The notes below the pieces were generated by a model. The model was not told the origin of the DNA, did no database searches, and was given only the letters and a program-made list of their open reading frames with translations. From NCBI RefSeq assembly GCF_001194135.2, contig NC_068982.1, positions 116,920,097 through 116,978,993 of the forward strand: a stretch of 58,897 nucleotides of DNA, written 5' to 3'. Positions 27,005 through 39,830 of this stretch are shown in pieces. Each line of letters starts with the position of its first letter. Position 1 is the stretch's first letter. The position numbers were made by a program, and so were the translations under genes. Origin of the DNA: Octopus bimaculoides. Taxonomy: Eukaryota.

Positions 27005-27354
27005 TGTTCCCTCACTCTTTTAATGAATTATATGAAGAAAAATATAGTTAATATTACGAAATAAATGCCCACACGCATGCACACATACTATACACAAGCA
27101 TATATTCTGCTATAAGCCTTTATGTTAACAAGTGGGAGATAAATTACTTAATCTATTTAAATCCGGAGTTTCCGCACATCGCCACTCCTGGTTTCCCATT
27201 CCAGTTCATGAGAAGATCAGTACGCAAACAGAAGCAATGTAACCACCCAACATCGTATATTGCATCATTTGCGAATTCGAGGGTGCAAAGTCGACAAGGT
27301 TTTGCCTTTCATACTTACGGGGTCGATTAAATAAGTACCTATAAGATAAAGGAC

Positions 27355-27422
<68 letters not shown>

Positions 27423-27481
27423 GTATCTATCTATCTATCTATCTATCTGTCTATCTATCTATCTGTCTATCTGTCTATCTG

Positions 27482-27545
<64 letters not shown>
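27355..27545. repeat. (TATC)n/(TGTC) tetranucleotide array
   Basis: Direct reading. Confidence 0.97.
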
Positions 27546-27546
<1 letters not shown>

Positions 27547-27834
27547 GTGTGTGTAAACAAGCATACACTCAAACACACACAGACGCACACATACATATAT
27601 GTTCACGTTCACGTGTCTCAGTGCACTTTCATACATAAACGTGCATATATTCATGGGTGTATGTGCATTAGTGTGTTTATACAACCACATCCATTTTCCA
27701 TTTGTGTACTTGTTTACAACCGTCAGCACAATAATCAATAATATAGCTTTCATAAAAACTACTCAGTCGATATTTTCGTAAGATAAACTCATTTTCTAGA
27801 TTATTGATTTATTTACACTTTCTTCTGTCCTTTC

Positions 27835-28235
27835 CAAGTTGTTGTTGTTGCTGTTGTTCTTGTCGATGTTCTGTTTCTTCTAATTCTTCAATAACGACGA
27901 AGACGACGACAACAACAACAACAACTGCAGCAACCACAGCAGCCACAAAGGTAGCAATAACAGCAACAACATTTAATCAATCAATCAATCAATCAATCAA
28001 TCAGTCAATCACAGAATCAATCTTAATATTCTTCTCATTTTCTATTTGAAAATGCCCATACTTGGCACGATGTTTGTGCTTCTGCTGCTGTTGATGATGA
28101 TGATGGTAGTGATGACGATGATGATGATGGTGATGATAATGGTAATGATGATGATGACGATAATGATGATGATCATCATCGTCACCATCACCATAACCAT
28201 ATTTATCTTCCTCTACCTCCTCCTTTTCATCATCA
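27835..28235. repeat. Compound tri/tetranucleotide low-complexity tract (GTT, ACA, TCAA, GAT, CAT)
   Basis: Direct reading. Confidence 0.9.
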
Positions 28236-28668
28236 TTACCAGAATCTGCATGAGTGTTCTCTGCAACAGTTACGACGACATGGTAATCCCATCAAAACCG
28301 GAAAGAAAACAGGAAAAATAACAACCCACTGACATATTTGCACACGCACAGATAGATTGATAGATAAAGAGATAGATAGAGAGAGAGAGATAGTGACGTA
28401 GCGAGAAACAGGGAAGGAGGGAGAAAGACAGGAATAATGAGAAATGAGCACAAACATGCCAGCTAAATGTATTAGTAAAGTAAAAATTCTTCCAAAAACA
28501 GGGATTTGTATTATATTTCTTCCTTATTCCAAACAGGAATTCAGGAAGATAACAGCTGGATATTGTATTTGTTTTTATACGCAAATTATTAAAATGGTAC
28601 AAGAAATCATTGTGGCCAATTTTGTTGTTTTATTGTCGGAGTTCTTATCACACACACACACACGTTTT

Positions 28669-29590
28669 TAATCGTCACTAAATGTGACTGAGGGTTCCGA
28701 AGCACCTACATTGCTAGAAATAATAGTTAAGACCTTTTAATGCTGTAAGAAGAGCGCAATATATATGTACTGACAACGGAAGACAGACATTAGACTTGAC
28801 TAGTTTCCCCAATTGCGTAGGCATAATCAGTAGTGACTACTGAAACGTTGATGGTTTGGCTAAATCGGTCTGCCGATATATACAATTTTACCATAAAAAT
28901 TTGTGGCTGATTAGGTGAAATGCTAATGCGTATACTAGAGATTAATATAAACAGCTAAACGCAATATAACACCACAAAAGAAAAGTTATTCTTCACTAAG
29001 TGTGACGACTGGTGCAGACAAAGGAGTAAAATGTCCTGAAATATGGCATAACCCCTTTTGCATCTTCGATCTCATTGTTTGTTTACATCTGACGCCTCGG
29101 ATACGAAACGTCGTAACAGAAATAAGAGATGGCTATAATTTTTATACAGTATCTGTAGCCTTAACCTTAACAAGTGATTTTCCGTTATGGCATTATATTG
29201 CACCTAGCTGTTTATATTAATATTTAGTATACACATTAGCATTTCGCTAAATCAGCCATAAATTTTTATGGTAAAATTATATATACTGTCAGACGGATTC
29301 AGTCAAACCATCGACCGATTGAATAGTCAACGCTGATGATGCCTATATAAATTAATATACGCAGCGAGGTGCAATATAATACAGTAAATGGAAAAAATAA
29401 TCGTCATTGAATGTGAATGAGGGTGTCGAAGCATCTATATTGCTAGAAATAAGTAGAAACTGTTAATATGGTAAGAAGAGCGTAATATATAGACACTGAC
29501 AAGAAAGCTAACAGCCTCATGAACATCTATAGAACCACTAGACTAGTTTCGCCTATTTCGAAGGCATCATCAGTAGTGACTACTCAAACG
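28669..29590 (-). mobile_element. Hammerhead-bearing non-coding element with direct and inverted repeats (retrozyme-like or PLE pseudo-LTR cluster)
   Basis: Direct repeats 28669-28847 and 29398-29590; inverted arms 28818-28970 and 29192-29345; hammerhead motif in each direct repeat; no credible ORF. Confidence 0.7.
29534..29580 (-). ncRNA. Minimal type I hammerhead ribozyme
   Basis: GUCACUA CUGAUGA U GCCU-UCGAAAU-AGGC GAAAC UA GUC UAGUGGU: 7-bp stem I, full core, 4-bp stem II, palindromic ACUAGU stem III, GUC cleavage triplet. Confidence 0.8.
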
Positions 29591-29601
29591 GTCTATATAT
29601 A

Positions 29602-29900
<299 letters not shown>

Positions 29901-30126
29901 TATGCGTGTGTGTGTGTGTGTGTGTGTGAATATACTTACACACACGCATATATATAAAATTATGAATGTTTTTTTCATAAAATGTGGAATATACAGCTGA
30001 AGATTGTAATATGCATCAAATTTAAATAAAATTAATTGTTAAAACATTTTATTTACTTTGTGCGTCAAACATGAAAGCAGTTCTGTATTAACTACCGTAA
30101 TATAAAATAAACCTCACTCATCTTAC

Positions 30127-30168
30127 CCGCTCCAGACCGTTAACAGTTTGCAGCCGTTTACTCAACAT
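30127..30168 (-). CDS. Candidate short coding exon (MLSKRLQTVNGLER), product unknown
   Basis: ATG-initiated open frame ending at a phase-0 consensus donor G|GTAAGA. Confidence 0.2.
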
Positions 30169-30404
30169 GCAGGAATTGAACACATATTTTGTATATCTTG
30201 AACTACTTTTGACGAGATTCGACTTTCAAATAATTTTTAATTTTATTAATTTTCTGAAGGTTTCGATGCACCTTCGTAGGCGAATGGTACTATGTACGGG
30301 TCCAATATCATCGCAATGAAAAGGAAAAAATAATCAAAGGTCCGTCCCGAACCATAAGTTCATAAGTCTTCTTTTTCCGATTCTTTGGTCTTTATATTTC
30401 CCCC

Positions 30405-30582
30405 TTGAACGGCAGGCCGGTGCGACACAGGATTATTCATTTTTGCCAGCTGAGTGAACTAACGCAGAACGAAGTTCTTTTTTGCTCAAGATCATAACCG
30501 ATCGCCATGTCTGGAATTCTAAACCACAAACTTACGACTGTGTGTGCAACACCCGAAGTAATAAGCCACGCGCCTCCAGACG
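30405..30582 (-). mobile_element. SINE family 3 (tRNA-derived), diverged
   Basis: Head ggaggcgcgtggctta; body cttgagcaaaa...ttcactcagctggcaaaaatgaata; a more decayed copy may lie at ~44155-44335 (+). Confidence 0.65.
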
Positions 30583-30591
30583 CTTGTGTGT

Positions 30592-30626
<35 letters not shown>

Positions 30627-30737
30627 CATGTGTATAGACACACACACAATTTACACACACATATACTCACATACACACACACGCACACGCACACACGCAC
30701 ACTCACACGCACACATGTATGTATGTATGTATGTATG

Positions 30738-30790
<53 letters not shown>

Positions 30791-31447
30791 NNNNNNNNNN
30801 NNNNNNNNNNNNNNNNNNNNNNNNNNNNNNNNNNNNNNNNNNNNNNNNNNNNNNNNNNNNNNNNNNNNNNNNNNNNNNNNNNNNNNNNNNNNNNNNNNNN
30901 NNNNNNNNNNNNNNNNNNNNNNNNNNNNNNNNNNNNNNNNNNNNNNNNNNNNNNNNNNNNNNNNNNNNNNNNNNNNNNNNNNNNNNNNNNNNNNNNNNNN
31001 NNNNNNNNNNNNNNNNNNNNNNNNNNNNNNNNNNNNNNNNNNNNNNNNNNNNNNNNNNNNNNNNNNNNNNNNNNNNNNNNNNNNNNNNNNNNNNNNNNNN
31101 NNNNNNNNNNNNNNNNNNNNNNNNNNNNNNNNNNNNNNNNNNNNNNNNNNNNNNNNNNNNNNNNNNNNNNNNNNNNNNNNNNNNNNNNNNNNNNNNNNNN
31201 NNNNNNNNNNNNNNNNNNNNNNNNNNNNNNNNNNNNNNNNNNNNNNNNNNNNNNNNNNNNNNNNNNNNNNNNNNNNNNNNNNNNNNNNNNNNNNNNNNNN
31301 NNNNNNNNNNNNNNNNNNNNNNNNNNNNNNNNNNNNNNNNNNNNNNNNNNNNNNNNNNNNNNNNNNNNNNNNNNNNNNNNNNNNNNNNNNNNNNNNNNNN
31401 NNNNNNNNNNNNNNNNNNNNNNNNNNNNNNNNNNNNNNNNNNNNNNN

Positions 31448-31489
<42 letters not shown>

Positions 31490-31519
31490 AATTGCAACGT
31501 GGAAGGTGTTCATAAGCAC

Positions 31520-31712
31520 GCTGTAAAACACCAAACTCCATCTTCTATCAGCATGCTCTAGACTGCTACAATGGCTCCTTAGGGAGACTTAGGTTAGACA
31601 TCTTATCTACACATCTCACTGATGCAATGCTGAGACACGTCACTGTGGCTGTCTCTATACAGCAATACAAACCCACCCTCAGCCGTAAATCCGAATAGGG
31701 TAACACGCAGAT
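31520..31712 (+). mobile_element. PLE GIY-YIG endonuclease C-terminal fragment
   Basis: FYQHALDCYNGSLGRLRLDILSTHLTDAMLRHVTVAVSIQQYKPTLSRKSE*GN; homologous to the end of the 16.2-kb element. Confidence 0.7.
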
Positions 31713-32837
31713 TTCACTCAGGGGTACCCATCTATAATCACTACTTTCTCTCGTTTACGTGTAGAAATCCATACATACATGTTGAGATGTATGATACTGA
31801 AATACATATATGCAGTATATCTCCAAGACGTTAAGGAGATATCTCCTTAACTTCTGGGAGATTTTAGGTATTATTATACAAATGTGTCAATATGTTCTAA
31901 TTTCTTAAATTCTATGTCTTTGTGCAGCTGAGGATTGCTCTGCATTTTAAATTGATTTAATGGTTACATTGTTCAATTACATGTAGTTGCATTAAACGAT
32001 CGCACTGCATTACCTCTGGATATCCTTGTTGCTTATTTTGATTTTAATCACCTTACTTTGAAATTGTATGGATAGTACCGTACTAAATTCTGGTGCTGAA
32101 CTCATCTTTTTGCTGAACGCATCTACCATACCCAAAGTATATATATTTATATATATATATATCTATGTGTGTGTGTGTGTGTATACAACCTTCGACAGAG
32201 TAATTGCCATGTATACAAATTGAACAGACAAACAGATCGGTACATGTACTTATACATGTACACACACGCAGTCAGGTCTACACATGTACATACCTAAATA
32301 CTCACATACATACCTATGTACATACTTACATACGTACATACATGCGTATCGGCAGACACCCATGCACACTCATGTACACATATGCATACACACATACTTG
32401 CATGTACACATCCATACGTACATGCATGCGTGCATACATACATGCATACATACGTACATACATACATACATACATACATACATAATACATACGCACATGC
32501 ATGTATATCTTCCATGCTGCAATTGTTTTTGTTTCGGCACACGATCAGGTCACTTGCTATGCAAGTACATCTCCGTAATATATATATATATATATATACA
32601 TAAACATACAGAGTTAGCCAAAAGTCACCCAACAGTAAATCAAAATTCCATAGATAGTTTCTGTAATTCTGTATTGGCTCGAATGGAAACACGTGTCGCT
32701 CAGGAATGACTTCAGTTTGAACAATTTTCATGATGTCTCATATTCAGATGCTTTCATTAAATTAATTCAGTTGTTAAACTTAAATGAATCTTGGGACTAA
32801 ATGGTTTTGATTTACTGTCAACCCTGTATATACATAC

Positions 32838-32878
<41 letters not shown>

Positions 32879-33326
32879 TATACGTATGTATGTATGTATG
32901 TATGTATGTATGTATGTAGGTGTGTGAGGAGTGTTTTTACATGAGCAATGTAATTTTTGAGTTTTGTGTTTTCGGTCATACAAGGAAAAAATGATACTCT
33001 AGCGCTCGATTGAATCGATTTTCACCAAATTGCTAGAAATGTTACATCAATGTGCCGAAGTAAGAAACTATTATTGTCAGTAGTCTTTAGATTTACACTT
33101 GATAGTTCGTATGTTATGCATCAAAAGCATTATATGTTTATTTTGCTTTTTTGCGATATGTCTTTTAATAAGATAGAAGCAGGAATGACAGAATCTACTT
33201 TAATAATACTATTGTCTTTTTCTCCGTCACAATATATCAATGAGAAAAGAAGGGGTGACAGATGACTAAGGAAGGAAGAAGTGATGGCAACCAACCAGGT
33301 AGTGGGAGCGTTTCAACTCTGTGTAA

Positions 33327-33378
<52 letters not shown>

Positions 33379-34004
33379 ATGTAAAAGGGAAGCATGTGAA
33401 TGTTTGTGTGTGTGTGCGCACAATGGAATTAGGATGGTGAACATTCAACGCTGAAAAAGAAAAAAAGCAAACAGTGTTTCAACTCTGTGTGAGTATATGT
33501 GTGTGAATGTAAAAGGGAAGTATGTGAATGTTTGTATGTGTGAACCAGCGTCCTTTCAGGAACAAACGATGATCGATCTCACATCTCAAAAGACAACCAC
33601 TAGATAACATTGATAAGTGTATTGATTTGATTTACCATCCGTGTTTTTATATAAAATACTATAGTTACCTGTCAATTTTGACGGCACGGGGTCAGCTGGT
33701 GTAATATAATGGTGATAGATTGGTTGAATCGTTAGGATGTCAGAGGAAACACGTGGCGATATTTCTTAAGGCATTTTGAATTCTGAATTTAAATATGACC
33801 AACATCTGTTCAATCTTTCCTTCAAAAATGCTGTCTCAGTGTCTGAATTAAAAGCAATTGCTATGGTAGGTTGTACTGAAATGTTGGCCATTAAGTGATA
33901 CCCCTCGCTTCGGTTAATTTCCGTGTACTAACTCGAAAAATATTGAATTCTTGATTACGTATATATAAAGAAACAGTTCTATATTAAAACAAAAAAAAAA
34001 ATAC

Positions 34005-34445
34005 TTGATGATAATGATTTCAAATTTTGGTACACGGCCAGCGATTCCGGGTGGAGGGATGAAGTTGAATACCTCAATCCCAGTGCTCAGCTGGTACTTA
34101 TTTTATCGACCCCGAAAGCATTTAAGGTAAAGTCGACCTCGGCGGAATTTGAACTCAGAACGTAAATACGGAGAAAACACTGCTAACGCATTTTGCCAAT
34201 CCGCTCACCGCCTTTGAATGCTTAATAATAATTCCTTCTACTGGAAACACAAGGTCTCAAATTTGAGGGAAGGGATTAAATCGATTACGTCGACTCCTGT
34301 GCATAACTGGTACTAATTTTTCGACCCCAAAAGGATGTAAGGCAATGTGGATCTCGGTAGAATTTGAACTCAAAACATACATACAGACGAAATATCACTA
34401 AGCATTTTGCCCGGTCTGTTAACGATTTTGCCAGCTCGCCGTATT
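34005..34445 (-). mobile_element. Two tandem SINE family 2 copies (~34005-34215 and ~34235-34445)
   Basis: Each has ttcaaattc..ccgag.tc.ac and gggtcga.aaaat.agtaccag on minus strand. Confidence 0.85.
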
Positions 34446-34990
34446 TGAATGCTTATTAATAATGATATTAGGAATTAAAAGATTGTTGAAATGAGCAAAA
34501 TCAGTTGGAAATCGAAAGCGGACAGCTTTACAGAAATATTTTAAATGCAACACATTTATGAATCTTTTAACTTTACTTAAACAATCTCATAGTTCTTATG
34601 CCTTAGCAAGATATATTAAAGATGTAATTTGGCGCATTTACTTGTAGTAATTGCGTTAATTTACTTGGCAACACTATTATTATTTGTATAACTCTTGATT
34701 TTGAGAAGGGATAACAGTTGAAAATTGCAACAGCATCATCTGAATAGTGCATCAGCATTTCAATCAGTTTATTCGGATAATCATATAGACAAGATAATAT
34801 ATCGTGAGAATGTTTCCCTAAGTGCGTTTGCATAACTGTAATTAAAAACCAATTAAAATAAAATAAAAATTATTTGGAATGTTTTATCAGGATGAAACTA
34901 GAATGAAAAGAAAAAACACAATCATAATAATATAATAATTATTATTATTGCAATATTAACAATGACGATAATAATACGAATACCACCACC

Positions 34991-35022
<32 letters not shown>

Positions 35023-35859
35023 CAACAACAGCAACAACAGCAACAACAACGACGAAAGGATTTGGATTGGTTAAAGTTTATCAAGTGTTTCGTTCCATTC
35101 ACTTCTTTTGCATATTTTCAACAAACCTGAAGCTGTTATAATTGCAAAAACGTTTATTATTTTTTTTACTTGCATACGAGTTTTGTCTCCAGTATGTAGC
35201 AGCCAAATGCCTCTGGTTTATACATAACTCTTGATAAGACCGTTTATAACTTAGTTCCTGTGTATTACTGCTTCTATTTGAGATGTTTATATCGTATATA
35301 TTACGTGTATGTATATTTTTATGATAGTGTATTTTGCTAATTGTTAGCTCTTTTGGTATTTATATTAATGAAAACCTCCCTACAAAAACGGCTTCAGGTT
35401 TTAAAACGTCTTTGTATATGCTGTGTATACATATCGCAAGCTATCACGGATGAACATATCTTTCCCCAAGCGATAACAACGAAGTCATTAACATTTAGCT
35501 TTACAGGTTAAATAATTACTTGTTAATTCTAAATTCTGCCGTCAATTATAGCGTCATGTTGTTTTAGTGCCTATTTACAGCTGAACGGTCTGGAGTATTT
35601 GAGAGCTTAAACTAGTGAAATTATACGAACTGTTGACCCCGCAATTGATAATCCAACACTCAATTAATCAATTAAGTGGTTGAATTGAAACTACTTTTGT
35701 AAGTTTACAATCTGTGATAAAGTCTTGATCATTTATCTTTTGGGTTGTATCTTCCCCCTTCCTCACACACTCATTCGTACACACACGTATACACACACGC
35801 GCGCGCAGAAACATATTTACACTGCCCATCTCACATATAAAACACAAGCTGTACATATG

Positions 35860-36862
35860 TACATATATATGTACATATATATGTATAAAAATATGCATAT
35901 ATCGGTACAGGACGTCACAAAACGTAAACGATATGAAATACGAAATACGAAGCCATGAAATACGAACTTTTGTATGCGAACAACGAAGGAAACAAATGGA
36001 AAACAAGATAGTAACATGATCAATTCTTCATCAGTGGTCGGCTATTTCTCTCGTTGTTCGGGTACAAAAATTCGTATTCCATGGTTTCGTATTGTTTACG
36101 CTTTGTGAAGTCCTGTACCAACACATGCATATCTATATATACATATATATGTAAGTATGCATATATATGCATGTATATATGTCTGTATATATATATTATT
36201 TCTATTATTATATGATTGAACGCAACGTATCCATTTCTAAGTAAGCTAATCTGAATGAATTCGATGCGATTTTAGCCTGTACTGTTCTCTTTCTCTCTCT
36301 CCCCTTTCGTTTTCTCTCTCTTTCCCTCTCTAATTTTTTCTCCCCTTCACTGTTTTCTAGCTGTACCTCTCTCTCTCACTCCTCCTCCTTTACTCTCTCG
36401 TTGCTCACACGTGACCATCGGCCATTTTTCCTTTCCTCACTTGAGTATCTTTCTTTTCTTTCGGTCTTCCGGTCAAATCAGACGCTTTTATGTCTGTCTC
36501 CTCCCCCACCTTTTCTATTGTCAAAGCTTCTTCCTCCAGCGTTCGTCACCTTACCTTCTATTGTTCAGCGGCCCTCACTGTTTGTTTTCACTGTTTTCTT
36601 TTCACTGTTTTGTTACCAACTTTGATCCTCCGCAAATCCCAAATTTTATTTTGATTGGCGGGAGCAACTGTTTTCTCGAAGGAACATCTTGTCGTGAATT
36701 GCTAGAAATGTGGAGTAGAAAAACTGCCGACAACTGATGAAGGGTTGTTCTGTATGTTACTTGTCTTGTTTTCCATTTTCTTCCTTCGTTGTTTGCGTAC
36801 AAAAGTTCGTATTTCGTATTTCATGTTGTTTACGTTTTGTGACGTCCTGTACCCATATCTGC

Positions 36863-36895
<33 letters not shown>

Positions 36896-36990
36896 TATGT
36901 AAGTATGTACATATATATGTATATATGCCTATATATTTTTTATTTATATTATTCTAGGATTAAACGCCACGCATCCATTTCCAAGTAAGT
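35860..36990. repeat. Local inverted/direct repeat trio
   Basis: 35896-36015 is inverted relative to 36050-36125 and 36753-36860; 36050-36245 is a direct homologue of 36780-36990. Confidence 0.8.
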
Positions 36991-37036
36991 ATATACATAT
37001 ATATANNNNNNNNNNNNNNNNNNNNNNNNNNNNNNN

Positions 37037-37073
<37 letters not shown>

Positions 37074-37258
37074 TTATACCCGCACACACACAAATACATG
37101 CATACACACGTACATAGACACAAACACACACACATATACACATACTCTTACAAACCTTTATACATATATATGCACATATATGACTTTACATAAATATTAG
37201 AGTTAAATTTATTAACAATCTTAAAGTTGACTATGTTTTTTCATTATCTATTTCACAG

Positions 37259-37369
37259 AGGAAATGCAGAAGCCATGGTTTCTTTACGTTTCCCCAAGAC
37301 TGTGTAGAAGGAAGAAAAAGCTCTTATTCTGACACCAGAAACCCTGTTCAAATTCTTGTAACAGCATGA
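37259..37369 (+). CDS. Candidate terminal coding exon (RKCRSHGFFTFPQDCVEGRKSSYSDTRNPVQILVTA*), product unknown
   Basis: Strong acceptor ttttttcattatctatttcacag|AG, 36 open codons to TGA, AT-rich UTR-like sequence after; reading frame ambiguous. Confidence 0.3.
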   Translation, partial: RKCRSHGFFTFPQDCVEGRKSSYSDTRNPVQILVTA

Positions 37370-38599
37370 AAGTGGCTAAATTTTAAAATAACATATTTTT
37401 TCTAGCAATGAGTTGACAGTTCACTAACTTTTGTCTTGCTTGTATTTCTTCTTTGAATTGACTTTAAACAAGACATTGTTGTATACTTTCAGTAAAATTT
37501 ACACCAATTCTAATCTATTGCAAAGTATAAATATTTTGTTTGTTTCACTACAATAGCGACACCATTAAATATTTTACTGAAACCAAATCAAACCCCATGA
37601 GAGTTTCGAATTAAATATTCATAGTCGACGAGAAGTAATGGGATTATATTTTCTCTACTTTGTGTGAATCAGAACTGAGACGTGAGTACATGGTAGTATG
37701 TTAAGTTAATGGGTGTGGAAGATGAAGTTAAAATGAAGTATTCGATATAAAATAACAAGCAAGAGAAACAAATACACCAAAAACACTCTCGTACACACTC
37801 ACACGCAGAGATATAAACAAAAATATAAATGAAAGTAAGGATATAAAATGGAAAACGAGAGAAAATTGAGATTTGACTTAAATATAAAACTGGGAACACA
37901 ATACTACAATCAGCTATCTGAGCGGACAGAGAAAAGCCATATTCCATAAAACTGATTCTAACTGCTTTCGACACGCTACAATCATTACATCTATTCACGA
38001 AGAAAATTCGAAATGTGTGTGTGAGTGTGTATTTATGTGTATATGTGTGTGGTAAAACACTACTTGAGATAACTGTTGTCATTTTATTTATATTTTTCTT
38101 TTTTAAAGGTAGTTATTTAAATTTATGAAAAACAATTTCCTATGAAAATGTAATTGCCGATTTAAAAATTCATTTCAGTAAAGAAAAATATGTTTAAATC
38201 ATAATTTTTATTTTAGATTAATTAAAACTATGAAGTTCGAAACAGAAAATATTATGACTTACAACAATGGCTAATATTAATTTAACTAGCTGAAGCCGTT
38301 ATATCGCCAAAAGCTGATTAATAATTAAGTTGCAGTGATGTATTAACAAAACAGTATGTTATAGATGTAATATCACAAGAATATATGACATCAGTAGGTA
38401 GAGTAAGTAATCTGTCAGAACGAAAAAGTTTATTTGTAGTAGTAGTAGTAGTAGCAGTAGTAGTAGCAGCAGCAGCAGCAGCAGTAACTTCTATTCTACT
38501 CTGGGTCTACTCTGATTGAGAAAAGTCTATCGTCAAAAACATTTCAAACAAAACAAACACGTGTTATTGTATATCTGTGTAGGGAAAAACATGTCTTAC

Positions 38600-38662
38600 C
38601 TTTTTTAGCGAAGTGCTGTAGTTTGAGGCAATTTGACATTTGTTTTTTTCAGGTTTGCCCAT
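38600..38662 (-). CDS. Candidate first coding exon (MGKPEKNKCQIASNYSTSLKK), product unknown
   Basis: Kozak-like gacATGG, in-frame TGA three codons upstream, phase-0 donor AAG|GTAAGA. Confidence 0.3.
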
Positions 38663-39559
38663 GTCGTATCAACTCTGCTGCACTGTTCGTATGCAGTGTT
38701 TTTACAATCCAGTAAAACAGATTTAGTTCAAGAGAGTTGATAACGAGTGAGTGTGGGTTGCGATAGAGTGTTATAGTTTTTCACCCGAGCTGTTCTTCTA
38801 TAATATAATTTGTTACGCGACGTACATTTACACGTATGCAAGTACACAGACTCACACATGTATAGAAACACACGAATCCGCACGCGCATGCAGTCACACA
38901 CATATAACGAAAACTGAACTTGGAGAGATAAATCATTGTGGCCAGAAGTAGGAATTTGAAGAAACAAAGGCCAATAAAGTCATATTAAATACCATACAAG
39001 ATAAATTCTTGATTTATTGAAATTATCTTCGGTTCTGGAAGTGATAAACGAAGAGATGGTAGTAAGTTTGAACAACACTGGGTGAGAAGGAGAGATACAT
39101 TGAAAAATAAAAGAATCACTGAAATGGACATGTCAGTAACGAAAACACAGACTCTTTCGTTCTTTTTCACATTCTCTCTTCTTTTCTCACTGTGTGACTC
39201 TCTCTTTCTCCCTTTCTCTCTCTCCCTTTCTCTCTCTCTCCCTTTCTTTCTCTCTCCCTTTCTCTCTCTCTCCCTTTCTCTCTGTCTCCCTTTCTCTCTC
39301 TCTCTCTCTCTTTGTATGTATATATGTACAAGTGTTTGTGTATGTGTCGGTATGTACATATGTGCATAGAAAGCGCGCCAAACAACCGAGAGCATCTAAG
39401 CTCAAGGAAAAGAAGACACTAAACAAAAACCCCAACATAATCACGACAAACACCACATACAATTTCAGCCAGATATAGCAAATAAACAGCTCATACAACA
39501 AACAAGACTGCTCTTAATACCAATGATAGTACTGGTGCAGCATCGCATGTCACTGAAAG

Positions 39560-39830
39560 CTAGGATCACGTATCCACACTGTTGTCACCCAACAGGCCCA
39601 CGACAGCATCATCAGTGGCACCTGGGTTCTGACAACCTCTCAGACGCAACAGTGCAATAAGTTCTCTCCGCGAGAGCTAGAAGTATATAGGATGTTGGGG
39701 GTCACATGTTCATTGGGTTCCTTCTTGTCTCCTCGGGGCCAGCTGCTTTTTCCTCATCTCGTTTGTTAGTGGGCTTGACGCAGTGACCTGGCCAGCGATG
39801 GCACTCATCGACCTTCTGGGGCTTCTATGA
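39560..39830 (-). mobile_element. Possible decayed RTE-like LINE fragment
   Basis: GC-richer island; RWPGHC peptide recalls the RTE R.AGHC motif. Confidence 0.25.

Noticed and set aside
29083-29117. Plus-strand ctgacgc..gaaacgtc inside the inverted-repeat spacer (would make the unit ambisense)
   Set aside because: A9 is missing, there is no proper stem II and stem I is offset by 2 nt; worth rechecking only in a family consensus
32609-32709. Protein-like tail ELAKSHPTVNQNSIDSFCNSVLARMETRVAQE*
   Set aside because: No polypyrimidine acceptor, adjacent to a microsatellite, no recognisable family
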